A DNA stretch of 63,075 nt, counting the filler, from Rhabdomonas costata (taxonomy: Eukaryota), in NCBI GenBank assembly GCA_019059605.1. It is 40 parts of 40 records of this genome, joined end to end, with 100 filler letters (N's around TTAATTAATTAA, not from the genome) between each part and the next. Parts side by side here need not be neighbours in the genome. Positions count along the whole stretch, not along the records: positions 1 to 1,481 come from JAHMHO010014852.1; positions 1,582 to 3,062 come from JAHMHO010014853.1; positions 3,163 to 4,643 come from JAHMHO010014854.1; positions 4,744 to 6,224 come from JAHMHO010014855.1; positions 6,325 to 7,805 come from JAHMHO010014856.1; positions 7,906 to 9,385 come from JAHMHO010014857.1; positions 9,486 to 10,964 come from JAHMHO010014858.1; positions 11,065 to 12,544 come from JAHMHO010014859.1; 32 more parts are not named here. One strand, written 5' to 3'. Positions 1-11,525 of this stretch are shown here, in pieces (position 1 is the stretch's first letter; each line of letters opens with the position of its first letter). Under the pieces are notes generated by a model. The model saw nothing but the letters and a program-made list of their open reading frames with translations, had not been told where the DNA came from and did no database searches. Both the position numbers and the translations under genes were made by a program.

Positions 1-329
1 GGTTGGGTGGGTATCGGCCTGAAGGTGCAAGGACCCGGCCACGCAGCGTCTCGGGAGGCCCACCTTGTGTACAAAAATCCCCGGGGCCAGCTTCGGCTTC
101 GCCCTCTCGGTAAAAAGAAATGTGAAGAACTTAACTTCGTCATTACGATTTCTCAAATCCTTGAATCTTGAATCCTTAGGCTGTTACCATGGAATGCATT
201 TCACAGCAATTCCGAGAGTCCCACAACTTCGCACCCTGCCTCGGACACTTTAGAAATTGAACTGTGACGAATTGAATACATTTGCAGGAGCCGGCCCAAA
301 GACATGCACGAACGCACGATCACGCGGAC

Positions 330-445
330 CTGCCCAAGCTTACCCAAGATATAGGTCTTCGGGATGCGGCAGTCCTCCAGAATCAGCTGCCCCGTGCTGG
401 AGCCGCGGATCCCCAGCTTGTCCTCGTTGCGGCCCACGCTGAACC
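330..445 (-). CDS. ACADS: Internal exon of a short-chain acyl-CoA dehydrogenase
   Basis: CAG|...|GT-bounded exon encoding GFSVGRNEDKLGIRGSSTGQLILEDCRIPKTYILGKLGQ, matching the ACAD EDKLGIRGSST..L.FEDCRIP motif. Exact paralogue uncertain. Confidence 0.85.
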
Positions 446-1369
446 CTGCGGGGGGAAACGGACTCCGATCAAAAACCCCAACCCGGGTGCCCTAACCGTT
501 GGAATGAAACATGACCACCCCCCGTAGCTGACATCGCCATGGACATTTTACCCAACCGGGAGTTCGTCGCAAATCGTTGCTGGCCCAGCTTTCCAAACAG
601 CCGTGTTCCAGACATTTTATGCTTCATCTTTTTTTTTCAAGGCAACACGTTGGGGTAGCCTCACAAACAACAGGTCAAATGAGACAAACACGCTACCGGG
701 TCAACACCGGTTTCCCCCAAAACCTTTTTAGCTTCCAAGTCCGAAAATGCCTGATCTAGCGTGCGCTCTTTTCAGTTGTTACTTTTGGGGGTGACATGGA
801 CATTACGTTGTGCCTCCCTGATTTTTCGTTGATTCATACAGTTCGCATTGGGCCCTTGGGGTAAAAAAAAAAGCATTTGGACCGTCTGTTCCAAACCCTG
901 CTTTGCATCTTTGCATACATAACTTCGATAGGACCCATTCGGACGGTAAAAGCGTGTTTTACGCGTTTTATTACAAAAACATTGCATCAAAAACTGAGAT
1001 CCCGGTGTCCACAGCGATATCAGAGCCAGGTGACACCAGTATTGTTTCATGAGCTGAAGGTCGTGTGTGTGTGTGTGTGTTGGGTTGTTGCGCGCTGGCT
1101 GTTGCCTGGTTGACTGGTTGACTGGTTGACTGTTAGTGACCATTGTGCACTGACGGGCGCACGCGCTGTTGGCCACATTTGTGCTCGCGGGAGGGTGCCG
1201 TTAGAGCGAATGGTCCCGTGGGGAACCGAAACCGGCTCACCGCCGAACGTTCCACATCTGGTGACCTCCCTTCGGCCCCACGGGTCCCGTGCCAGCAACG
1301 GTTACCAACAACCAGTAATGCTGACAACAGGAACAGGAACATAAAAATGACTTAAAATAGGGAAGGGGA

Positions 1370-1473
1370 TTTGATAATTTAGTTCCCTCCAGCGCACCGT
1401 AAAGGTGTTTATGGTCGGGTTTAAGTGAGTTTAAACACCTTTACGGTGCGCTGGAGGGAACTAAATTATCAAA
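1370..1473. repeat. Perfect 42-bp inverted repeat at contig end (probable amplification fold-back)
   Basis: 1370-1411 is the reverse complement of 1432-1473; 20-nt loop; ends 8 nt before the linker. Confidence 0.9.
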
Positions 1474-1481
1474 CCCCCACC

Positions 1482-1581
1482 NNNNNNNNNNNNNNNNNNN
1501 NNNNNNNNNNNNNNNNNNNNNNNNNTTAATTAATTAANNNNNNNNNNNNNNNNNNNNNNNNNNNNNNNNNNNNNNNNNNNN
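1482..1581. other. Artificial contig-joining linker (44 N + TTAATTAATTAA + 44 N); first of 39 copies, last at 61497-61596
   Basis: Identical 100-nt spacer recurs about every 1580 nt; TTAATTAATTAA gives stops in all six frames; intervening contigs are all ~1470-1483 nt. Confidence 0.99.
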
Positions 1582-2072
1582 GGGGTGTGGGGGTGCAGCT
1601 AGGTACAAAAAGGCGGAGAGGAGCGCGAAGGTGGCACCGGAGGACCGCGAAAAAGAAAAAGGGACCTCCAAAAAACTGGCAACCAAAAAAGGAAAGGAAA
1701 GGAAAGGGGAAAGTGGAGGTGGGGCCGTGCGCCACGCATATTACGCAGGTTGGTGTGGGAGACCGACCTGAGCCCCCTATTGTGGGACATGGCCCCAGCA
1801 CCGCCGCTGCCACAAGTAAAGGCAGCAGAAGCGACAGCAAGGGTGCTTTTTTGTTGGGGTCGCCTTCGAAAAACATCTCTGCTGTGTTGGGGATGATGCG
1901 GAGGAGCTGCAGCAGAGAACGAGAGAAGAGTCACTGCCTCCGCTGCGGAGAACAGAAGGACAATATGTATCTGAAAAGAAATCGCCACAAAGAGATTCTC
2001 CAGCCCCAGAACAACGCACAGGGTAAAGAAAGTTGATTGAGAAATCAAATAGAAGGTTCTTTTCCACTACCA

Positions 2073-2113
2073 CCGACCGACCGACCGACCGACCGAACGA
2101 CCGAACGACCAAC
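2073..2113. repeat. (CCGA/ACGA)n tetranucleotide microsatellite
   Basis: ccgaccgaccgaccgaccgaccgaacgaccgaacgacc. Confidence 0.85.
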
Positions 2114-4339
2114 GAAGTGGGGCGAAAAATGCACAATTGTAGGCTCCCTTCTCCCTGGACTTGCCTTGCAAAGGCTACAGACAGGGTAAAACCTCTCTTT
2201 GGTTGGACGAGAGCATATTTTCTATTGGATCGAAGCAGAAAACCTGTCACGATACGCCCAGAGGAAGTGTGTGTGTGTGTGGGGGGACGAGATCCCGAAT
2301 TTTTCCCCCCGAAATTCTCATCGCAAAACATGTGATTGAAACAAATGGCCCGAAAATTTTTTATTTGGACAATTGGACAATTTTTGTATTTGTTTGAAGA
2401 AAGTCTTTGGCAACTCCAAAAAGGTACAAACACCGAAGGCTTAGTAAACCGGGAGTCCAGTCTCTTCGACAGCATATTCGCAACTCCTCCGCCTCCCATT
2501 TTCGCGTCATTTTACTGCTCTCTCTGTCAGTCCGAGCGAAAAATTCTGGCCATCATGTCAAAGTTGTTGCGCATTGTCGCAAATTTTAGGCACACATCTC
2601 CATCTCAAGGTATGGGAGGTCAGCCGCACAAGTTTATAGGCAAAGTTGCAGGTGTCCAAACTACACTTGTACACTTTCTCGAGGTACACATGAAGCTCGC
2701 TGCCTTTGTGGTTGCTGGATCAGGGAGTCTGAGAATCTGCAATGGGGCATGCCACAAATAACCACCAATACCAATTAGGCAAGGGAACGTGTGGAACAGC
2801 TTCACAGCCCAGGAAGCACGAGAGAGAGAGAGAGATCACGAAAAGTTGCCGCTGGCTGGCAGACCATTGTAGCCACTGAAGAAAGCTCTCAACACGTAAA
2901 GCATACAAAGAGAGGAGAAAGCAAGCGGGAGTGCCGACTTTGCATTTGGGAAGGCGGTGGGGGAGAAGGAACACCAGTGCAGCCTTTAGGACTGCAGCAG
3001 CGCCTCCGCCGCGGAGTGTCCCTTGGCCTTGGCCCAATCCAAGGCCGTCCGCCCACCCCCACNNNNNNNNNNNNNNNNNNNNNNNNNNNNNNNNNNNNNN
3101 NNNNNNTTAATTAATTAANNNNNNNNNNNNNNNNNNNNNNNNNNNNNNNNNNNNNNNNNNNNGGGTTTGGGGTGGGATGAGGTGGGCGGAAGAGGCCAAC
3201 GGAGATGTTCACAAGGCGCCATCTCAGGTGCTGCTCACCTCAGTAAGGACGCTATTTTGGATATTTCGGAGAAGACAAGGTGGGTATGCATATGCTTTGG
3301 TCTGCTGAGCGGTGAGCCAGTGCAAGTCTAGTCACTGGTACTAGCAGTGGGTGGAGTGCGACGTGCGCCTGGGGCTTGGGTTCATACTTGCCTCGCTATG
3401 GATGACTGGCATCCGGCTCAGCTTGCAAAGACCGGAAAGACCAGTTCAGAGGATTCAGCTAAAATCATTTCTTCTATTCATATTATTCACGATCGCGCCG
3501 GAAATTTCTAGCGTTGAGGGAGGCAAACCTCCGCCATTCTCCGCAAGAGCCGAGCGATTGGAGAGCGGCTATCCACGGAGGCCTGGAACCCCCGTACCTG
3601 GACCTGCACTGCCGGCGGGGCATGAGCGTAGGCCAGCAGGCACCCCACCACGGGGATCTCCACCTTTTTTGTTTTAAAGAAAAAAAGAACTCACCTGCAA
3701 TGGTCTTTCGGTGGGGGTTTGCTGATGATGGGTGCTCAACAGCTACTCTGAGGAAGTTTCGGTAAAGGAAACTGTAAACCTACTGCGGAACAAATTGACG
3801 ACGACAATGGCAATGGACGTCAAAAAAGGGCCGAAAGAGAAAGGAGAGACAGCAGAGGAAGAAAACGTGGGAGAAAATGTGCCAAAGGAAACCAAAGGAA
3901 GAAAGAAAACGTCACAGTCTCTCTCACCATACTTTCCATAAAAAAGGAATTGATTTCGCAGGGAGAACTAGGTCCAACCTGGAGCCAGATCTGGCGTCTT
4001 TATTGCAAAATAAAAAGAAAAAGAAAAAACAAGGAAATTTGGAAAGAGGAAAGGTAGGGGAAAAGCAGGAAGCGAGCTGTCGAAAGATGTCACCCATGGT
4101 ACAAGGAAGGAAAATTTTTTTTTACTTTCGGTCAGCAGAGACGATAAACCAGAGGAAACTTGGACGTGATTTCTTCTTTTGGCCTGGCTCGCCTATCGCG
4201 CCAGGGCTGCTGCTGGTTCTTCTTCGAACTTTCATAAAAGTTCAATACGTTGTCGTGTGAGAAAACCCATAAAACAAAAACCACGCTTTTTTTCTTCAAG
4301 CACAGTCCTAACACTTCCCCCCCCCAAAAAAAACGAAAC

Positions 4340-4480
4340 CTGCGCCACCAGGGTGTGGCCGTGGAAGTCCAATTCCTCGGACATCCCCAGGACCTCCACC
4401 TGCAGCTTGGCCAGACCCCACAGGGCCTCCCTCCTGTCTTGGGAAGGGGAGCGCCTGTGGCGGCCAACCCTGCGACCCCT
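4340..4480 (-). CDS. Possible exon, unknown protein (LWGLAKL helical-repeat-like motif)
   Basis: TAG|...CAG|GT-bounded open frame ending ...REALWGLAKLQVEVLGMSEELDFHGHTLVAQ. Confidence 0.3.
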
Positions 4481-4751
4481 CTAGAAAGGGGGGAGAGCCC
4501 CTCCCCATCGAGATGGTAGGGATACCAAATACATCTGCTAATTGTCAGGCGAGTGGCCTTTTTGTTTTGGACGGGAGGGAAGATGCGATCTGCATATCCA
4601 TGGCAAAGCTAAAAAAGCCGTTCCTTGTGTGCCCACAAAACACNNNNNNNNNNNNNNNNNNNNNNNNNNNNNNNNNNNNNNNNNNNNTTAATTAATTAAN
4701 NNNNNNNNNNNNNNNNNNNNNNNNNNNNNNNNNNNNNNNNNNNGGTGTGGG

Positions 4752-5786
4752 TTGGACATCGGGGACAGTGTGGCGGCGGAGGAGGCGGAGATGACCCGGA
4801 AATGCGCCCAGCCGCGGCCGGAGAACCCGTTCCCAGCGTACCGGAACCCCGCGGTGCACCCCGTGAGACACCCCACGGACATCCCGATGAGGCTGCAGGG
4901 CGCCCACCCCGGGGACGTCATCGCGTTCGAGGAGGGCACCTACGTGTGCAACATTCTGCTCAGCCAGAGCGGGCTCACCCTGAAGGCCGCCCCGGGGGCG
5001 AAGGCATCTGCGGGGGCGGCGTGGTTGTCGGGTTGAGTTGGTTGGGTACCGATGTTCTTCAGGAGGCGGGCCGCGCGCTGACGAAACACATCTGCTTTGA
5101 ATGTACGGGAGTAGCGCTGGGCAGGCTGTGAACCTTGCCCTGTTTCTCCGGCGATGAGGCTTTACAACGTGCTCCTGGGAGAGTTTCCACAAATCTTCTT
5201 CCATGATGGCTCCGAGAATTTAAAGGGGGTCTGTTAATCTGGGAGGACCACCGAAGCCGGCGCAGCAGAGGAAAGAACAGTGGGAAGAGAAAGAATTTCT
5301 CTTTCTATCGTTGGGGTGGGGATCTTCCAGCTAGACTCCACCGCACATGGACGCTTCTCGTCCGGGTTCACTCCGCAAAGTGAGTGGGTCTTGGTAACCT
5401 TGCACGCAGAGGAGTTCATGGCAGTTGTACACCGGTAGCTCCTCCCTTGTGCCGAAAACTGATCTGTGTGTTTATGTGTGTATGCGTGTTTGCTGCAGGT
5501 TGTGCTGACGAACGATAAGGCCAGCGTGCTGGAGATCAGCGCGGACTACTGTCGCGTGGAGGGCCTCTTTATCACATGCACTGCCGAAGGCTGCCACGCG
5601 GTGGCCGTGACGCACGGCTCTGCGGAGCTGCTGGAGTGTGACATCATCGGTGCGGCGTGGTGCGTGGTGGTGCGGCGTGGAGACACCACGCTGCGGGGGT
5701 GCAAGCTGCACGCCTCGCGGAGGGCGGGGCTGCAGTTCAGTTCCGCCTCGGGGAGGGTTGGGAACTGCGAGAGTTTTGGCAACGTG
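4752..5786 (+). CDS. Right-handed beta-helix (pectin-lyase-like fold) protein fragment, exons ~4752-5003 and 5499-~5786
   Basis: AHPGDVIAFEEGTY...LTLKA then VVLTND..VLEISADYCRVEGLFIT...AVAVTHGSAELLECDI...TTLRGCKLH; in-frame phase-0 AAG|GC...CAG| intron at 5004-5498. Confidence 0.7.
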
Positions 5787-6652
5787 GTTTGCGTAGTGTG
5801 GGTGTGGGTGGTTGTCTGTGTGTGTGGGGGTGGGCGCCTAACGCCAAATCGAGACCAGCGTGATGGACCGTGATATGAATTCGAGCCGACTTCGGTGCCT
5901 GACAGTATCCGTACCAGTGTTCACCCTTCACACCCAACTCAGTGTGTGTGCGTGGGGGGGCGCTTGAAGGTCTGAGGATCCCAAGAGGAGAGAAAGAGAG
6001 AAAGACCCTCGGAAAGGGGCCTCCCAAATATATACCGACAGCACGGGTGGCCCCCTGGCTCCCTTTCACTGAGATTACGGCGGAAGAGGATGCAGAACCT
6101 TTGGGTGATCAAAGAACGAGTGGGCCGAGTTGCGTGGTTACCACAGGTCCCCCCGTGGTGACCACCACAAACTGCTGCCCTCTCTCCCGCTTAATTGAGA
6201 GAGCATCATTATTATCATCATCATNNNNNNNNNNNNNNNNNNNNNNNNNNNNNNNNNNNNNNNNNNNNTTAATTAATTAANNNNNNNNNNNNNNNNNNNN
6301 NNNNNNNNNNNNNNNNNNNNNNNNGTTTTGGGGAAAGCAACTCGCAATGGGACCTCAATGCCGTTCATGAGGACGACCCATTTGTGGTGTATGCATTTCA
6401 TTGTTTCCACACTGAGAGGATCAGGAAGCGATCGAACCTTCCCCACAAAGTGGTGCGATTCGATCGGGAGGTCACTGTGCTTCAGCTCCCACCCTACCCA
6501 CCAGAATATGCTGCTCCACTTCCAGTGGGGAATCAATGCATGGGATTGGTACTATACAGCGACTGTGCGCCGCTTGCACAGCGGTTCAGTCCACTTACAG
6601 TGGGGGAGCGCGATCTGACTGAGCAGGGCCGTTCCCCGCTCATAAAGATTGC

Positions 6653-7075
6653 ATGGGAACCGCATCCAAGCTTTGGAATGAGGGGGATGTGATGCTGTGT
6701 CCCACACTGTTCCTGGAAATCTGCAAGAACTTTGATTCGGTTCCTCAGGTGGATCTGTTTGCAAGCCAAAAACATCACCAATTGAGCAGTTACTATTCAG
6801 CTGATCTGAAGGACCGGAAGTCCGAGGGCTACAACGCCTTCAACTACCACTGGTGACCTGACCAAATCCTTTTTGCAAACCATCCGTGTTCGCTGTTGGA
6901 CGAGGTACTTGACAAAATCCTCGCTGACCGGAGCAGGGTACTGTTTGTTGCACCGTACTTGCCGGATGCCTCGTGGTATAAATGGCTGAAAAGACTGAGG
7001 CGAGATCGGCAGTACTGGAAGCAACCGCTGTACTTGGAAGACAATGGCACGTTGAGGCGCCGACCTCCGTGGCCA
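6653..7075 (+). pseudogene. Decayed Dam-type DNA N6-adenine methyltransferase of the retrotransposon-associated (DIRS MT-like) family
   Basis: PQVDLFASQKHHQLSSYYS...YNAFNYHW*PDQILFANHPCSLLDEVLDKILADRSRVLFVAPYLPDASWYKWL...PLYLEDNGTLRRRPPW; in-frame TGA at 6854-6856; motif IV degraded to NHPC (6878-6889). Confidence 0.8.
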
Positions 7076-8891
7076 AATGTCAATTCAACAGAGGATTAAG
7101 AGTACCACTCGATTGAGCAAGAGGGCGCGCCGTTCTCCCTTTGGGTTAAGGCATTTGCCGCTCATATGCTCCCACCGTCCAGCTAATGGCATCAATTTCG
7201 ACAGGATTGTGTTTTTTGCGGCAACTTTCTCACCCTTTGAGACAATTGACCGTCCTGCTTCTGGCGGGATGCCCATAGGGACCGCAAAAAAGACGTCGTC
7301 AAGGCCTTTTGCGGCAATTTCAGCCCAAAACAAATAGCGCCATGGTCAGCAGATTCGGCAGTTTCGTGGCAAAAAAACGTGAGATTTGCCAAGAAATGTG
7401 GGTACAAGACCTTTGGAGGTTCCAGGGGACAATTGGTCCCAGGATGCGTTGAATTCCCTTTTCTTGGATAAGATTTTCTCTCAGGACATTCTGGGCTTCG
7501 ACAAAAAGACTTCAAGGACACGGTAATAGCACCCAGGATGACCAAGGTCTTTCCTGGAAGGCGCCGCTCGCCTTCAGTTCTGCGCTGCCCTTCCCCCTCT
7601 AGAAGTGCAGTCCTGGCTTTTTTATATATGAGAATTGCTTTTTCAGCTAGGGTTTGCTGCCAAGGGAGTGGAGGGACACCTCGGGCGAAGCAACTCCCAA
7701 GCCCGAGTTCCCCACTACCTCCTCCCACCTCCTCCTTGGTAGCCTGGTCGTCCCGCCGACCCTTCAGGCTTATGCCCAGGATCAGCAGCAGCAGCACCCC
7801 AACACNNNNNNNNNNNNNNNNNNNNNNNNNNNNNNNNNNNNNNNNNNNNTTAATTAATTAANNNNNNNNNNNNNNNNNNNNNNNNNNNNNNNNNNNNNNN
7901 NNNNNGGTGTGGGATTCCGGATGCCCAGCCTTACGTGGAGGGCTACCGAGTTTTTAACACATGCGGGTTTGCACGTGAAAGCTGTGCCCCGCCGTGTTGT
8001 TTCGTCCGTTCGTCGTTCGTCGTTTGCAACCGGAGCAAATTCGTTTTGGAAGAGACGACGGAATCCATTACTATTCCCCACCTCAGCTAGTTCTCCGCTC
8101 TATTAACTCACATGCACCAGAGTTCCTGAAGAATCACTGCAAATGAGTGCAATGTGCTGCCCAACCAACTGCAAAGCGGTTATGGTTTGGTGCGTTTCCG
8201 CAGGAGCTACGTCCACCAGTGCTGGGAAAGTAACCCCATCTTTGCGCAGTGGTTTGTGCAGCGATGTGCCGCTGCTGCTGCTGCTGCCGCCGCCGCTGCA
8301 ACTGCCGCTACGTAGCTGCAGACCCAGTCATGATTACATAGCTGCAGAACTATGTACCCCCTCGTCGCAGCACTGCATGCCTCGTTGTGGGACGTGATGT
8401 CCCAACTGAGCTTTGCGCGGCGATCTGACTGAATAATTGTTGGCACAAGATTTGGGCACTCTTGGCGCATTTGGCGTTGGGTGCATGGCGCTTCACCACA
8501 TACCCGCGCATCCTTCGGCTTGTGGCATCCAGGGCGGTTCCCAGCGGCCAATGGGGCTCAAGTGTTTGTCTGTGCAAGCCTGATCAAGAAAAAATGACTC
8601 CAGTTATCTTAAAAGCTGCTTTTGAGATGGTCCAAGTCTTCCAGTTTCATCTCTTGCTCTAAAGTATCGCTCCCTTGCTTTGATTCCATTTGTGAACTCG
8701 ACTGTTGATAATTTTGTCCCAAAAGGTTTTTCACACCGTCCAAAAAAATTTCGAATCCTTCACCCCCCCCTCTTTCTGTGTTCCCTTTTTTTCAGCCCTC
8801 AATTTCGGGTGCTCTTTTCTTATTTTCGGGTTTGTGTACCTCTTTAGTTGGTGAGCGTCTGGCCCATTGACTCTTCGTGTAACGGAGTCTC

Positions 8892-9161
8892 ATGGCTCAG
8901 CCTGAATTTTCGAAAGTCTCTGCCGCGCTAGATACGATTTTCAACAAGCCAGACTTTCAGGATGCACTGAAAGCCTTCGTGAGTAAGAACGCCCCCACGT
9001 TCCAGGACATGACCAGCGACGAGAATAAGCATGTCTTCTACGACGTGTATAAGCAGTTCGTGGCCATGGTGGACGACTTGCTGACGGCGCGGTTGAAGGA
9101 GGTCCTTGGCCCCACCTTCGACCTGACCAAGTTTACCGAGACTCTCGCCAAGAAAATGGAG
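8892..9161 (+). CDS. ARL2BP: First coding exon of a BART-domain protein (ARL2-binding protein-like)
   Basis: MAQPEF...FQDALKAFVSKNAPTFQDMTSDENKHVFYDVYKQFVAMVDDLLTARLKEVLGPTFDLTKFTETL matches the BART pattern F..F.....F....ENK..Y...F..Y...V; GAG|GT donor; upstream pyrimidine tract. Confidence 0.75.
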
Positions 9162-9577
9162 GTGAAGTGGTCACCCCATCTCCCAGTCTTTCCTGATTTC
9201 CTGAGTCTGCAACTTTCCGAGCTGCTTTGAGAGCGGTCGTTGGACCCCCCCCCTCCTTCCTAAAAAGGTGCATGAGGTCGATGCGAAATACTTGTGAACA
9301 AGGTTGATGAACACCTGCGACTTGAGGTGCACTCGCTGCAATGAAAGAGGAAAACAGAACACCACACCCACCCACACCCACCACANNNNNNNNNNNNNNN
9401 NNNNNNNNNNNNNNNNNNNNNNNNNNNNNTTAATTAATTAANNNNNNNNNNNNNNNNNNNNNNNNNNNNNNNNNNNNNNNNNNNNGATCCATCGATTTTC
9501 ACACGTTTGCCGGCCAAAGCAGAGCAAACTTTGCAACCAATGGCCCGGCTGGTGGGTGGGCTGGTTTGGCCACACAG

Positions 9578-10772
9578 GCACGGAGACAGAGAACGCCGCG
9601 GTGGCCCACATGATCAGCCAGGACGTGTTTGGCACACCCCGAGTCGCTGTGGTGCGAGACCTGTTCAAGCGAGGCTCTCCCCTGGAGTCCCACTTCAAGC
9701 TGATCTCCTCTACCCACTGCGTGCTCAGCGACGTTGGATCACCCCCCCCCCTCTCCCGAGCTGTCGTGTTTTTGAAATCAATGAAATAGGGACGATTGTT
9801 CTTTGATGTCTTTTTTTATGAAACCTTTTTTCCAAACATGCTTGCTGTCTCCTTTATTTCCAACCCCTGCTTCCGCAGGGGGTTTTGAAATTTTTGCATT
9901 GCATTACTATCACCATCACCATCAATATTCCAGGAAAACTGTGCAAGCCCATGTGGGGTTATATTGCATTACATTATGCGGGGTTACATTGCATTTGCCC
10001 GCGGGTTGTCGACCCTCTCTCCTGTACTTCTTCGTTCGCTGTGTGACGACTGTGCAGTAAGGGAATGCGGGTGTGGGTGGTGCTCAGGACGTGGATCTGG
10101 TGCAGTCGCGCCGCCTGGTCACGGAGTACGTCGTGACGAATGGCGCCAGCCGCTTCGAGACTAAGGGAGGGATCGAGGGAGTGGTGCTTGGCCGTTACGC
10201 TGTGAGCCAGAGGTGTGCCTTCGCTCTCCTCCTTAAAAATAGGAGCCTGAGCGAGGCAAGTTTGTTGCATCCACCGTCACCCAGGAAGTTGCGAGGTCGT
10301 CACAGGGGCAGAGCAAGAGTCGGAGGGGCGCTCCTCCCTTGGAGAATTGCTTTTGCGTCGCCGAGGGGCTGCGCTGGAAAGCCTGCAGCCTGCCACTGAC
10401 TAGAAAGATGGAAATGCTAGCACACCGCAGCGGCGCGGGGGCCCTCCTAAGACATCTCTGTTGCCCCCTCCCACTCCGAAATAACGGACTAATGTCGTAT
10501 GGCAGCTGGTTGGGCCCATTGTTTCTGCAACAAAGATTCAGGAAAACGAATCTCTGGCAGCTGGTGCAGTGGCCATAGTGGGTTTTCACTCACCTTAGAG
10601 ATGTCCCTTTCAAGGAGTACCTCACCAAGCTGGGGTACCAGATTGTGGAGCTGCCCGCCAAGTACGATATTAGCCTTTGCGTGTACTCCATGGGCAACGG
10701 TAAGCTCCTTATCGCGGACCCCGAGGTCTACGAGATCCTCCGCGCCGTGCCCCAGCTGCCGTGCGAAATGAA
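9578..10772 (+). CDS. Arginine deiminase-like (amidinotransferase fold) fragment, exons 9578-9732, 10088-10212, 10599-~10772
   Basis: Phase-consistent GT-AG splicing gives ...QDVFGTPRVAVVRDLFKRGSPLESHF...SRRLVTEYV...GRYAVSQRDVPFKEYLTKLGYQIVEL...MGNGKLL, collinear with eukaryote-type ADI (D.LGT.R.AVV.D.F...MHLD..F; RRLVDEY; V.F..Y....G..I; LG...I). Confidence 0.7.
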
Positions 10773-11064
10773 GCAAGGGTGCGGGATGCTCTCATCTCAC
10801 ACCTCGGCCGCACAAAACCTGCCGCGGGCTCCGTTTTCTTCTGTCCTTCCTTTTGCAGAGGCCGTATTTTAGCAGGTCTTTATTTGACTCTGTTCACACT
10901 TTTGCATGTGCAGTGTGCCTCTTTTTCGACGCATATTTGTAACAACAGCACCAACCACACCAAANNNNNNNNNNNNNNNNNNNNNNNNNNNNNNNNNNNN
11001 NNNNNNNNTTAATTAATTAANNNNNNNNNNNNNNNNNNNNNNNNNNNNNNNNNNNNNNNNNNNN

Positions 11065-11525
11065 GTGCACCACCCCTGCGCCGTCGTCCCCGTCACCAGG
11101 CCCTTGTTGAAGTACATGTACCGCACCTCACTGGGGAGGGCCGTGGGGCTGGGCATGTACTTGTACACGGGCAGCCCGTAGGCCTGGTACTGCGGCGGTA
11201 GCAGGATGTAGGTCTGGTTCATAAACCACACCGCAGAGCAGTCTGCGAACCAGAGAAGCCGCAATCGAAGAGGAAATGGCGGCGGCGCACGGGGACGAAA
11301 CCCATCCGGGGGGGGGGTGGGGACCCCAGAGCACAAACGCGTGTCGCGGGGAAGGCAGAAGCTTACTTGGACAAAGCAGAGGGGAAAAGAAAGATGCGCG
11401 GGCGTGGACAGGTATGCGTGCCGGCACGTGCAGGGGGGCGCACGGGAGAGCAGGGAGCACTAACCCAACTGAGCACTCGCGGCACAAATCGCCGCCACAA
11501 GCAGAACGGCGCTGAGCAGGCCCAT
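11065..11525 (-). CDS. N-terminus of a secreted/surface protein, exons 11525-11465 and 11242-contig end
   Basis: Signal-peptide-like MGLLSAVLLVAAICAASAQL, phase-1 GT-AG intron (11243-11464), then DCSAVWFMNQTYILLPPQYQAYGLPVYKY... Confidence 0.7.

Noticed and set aside
6854-6856. Stop-codon reassignment suggested by the in-frame TGA in the MTase
   Set aside because: Host genes end in TGA (28501, 58799) and the copies also carry frameshifts and TAA stops, so this is ordinary decay.
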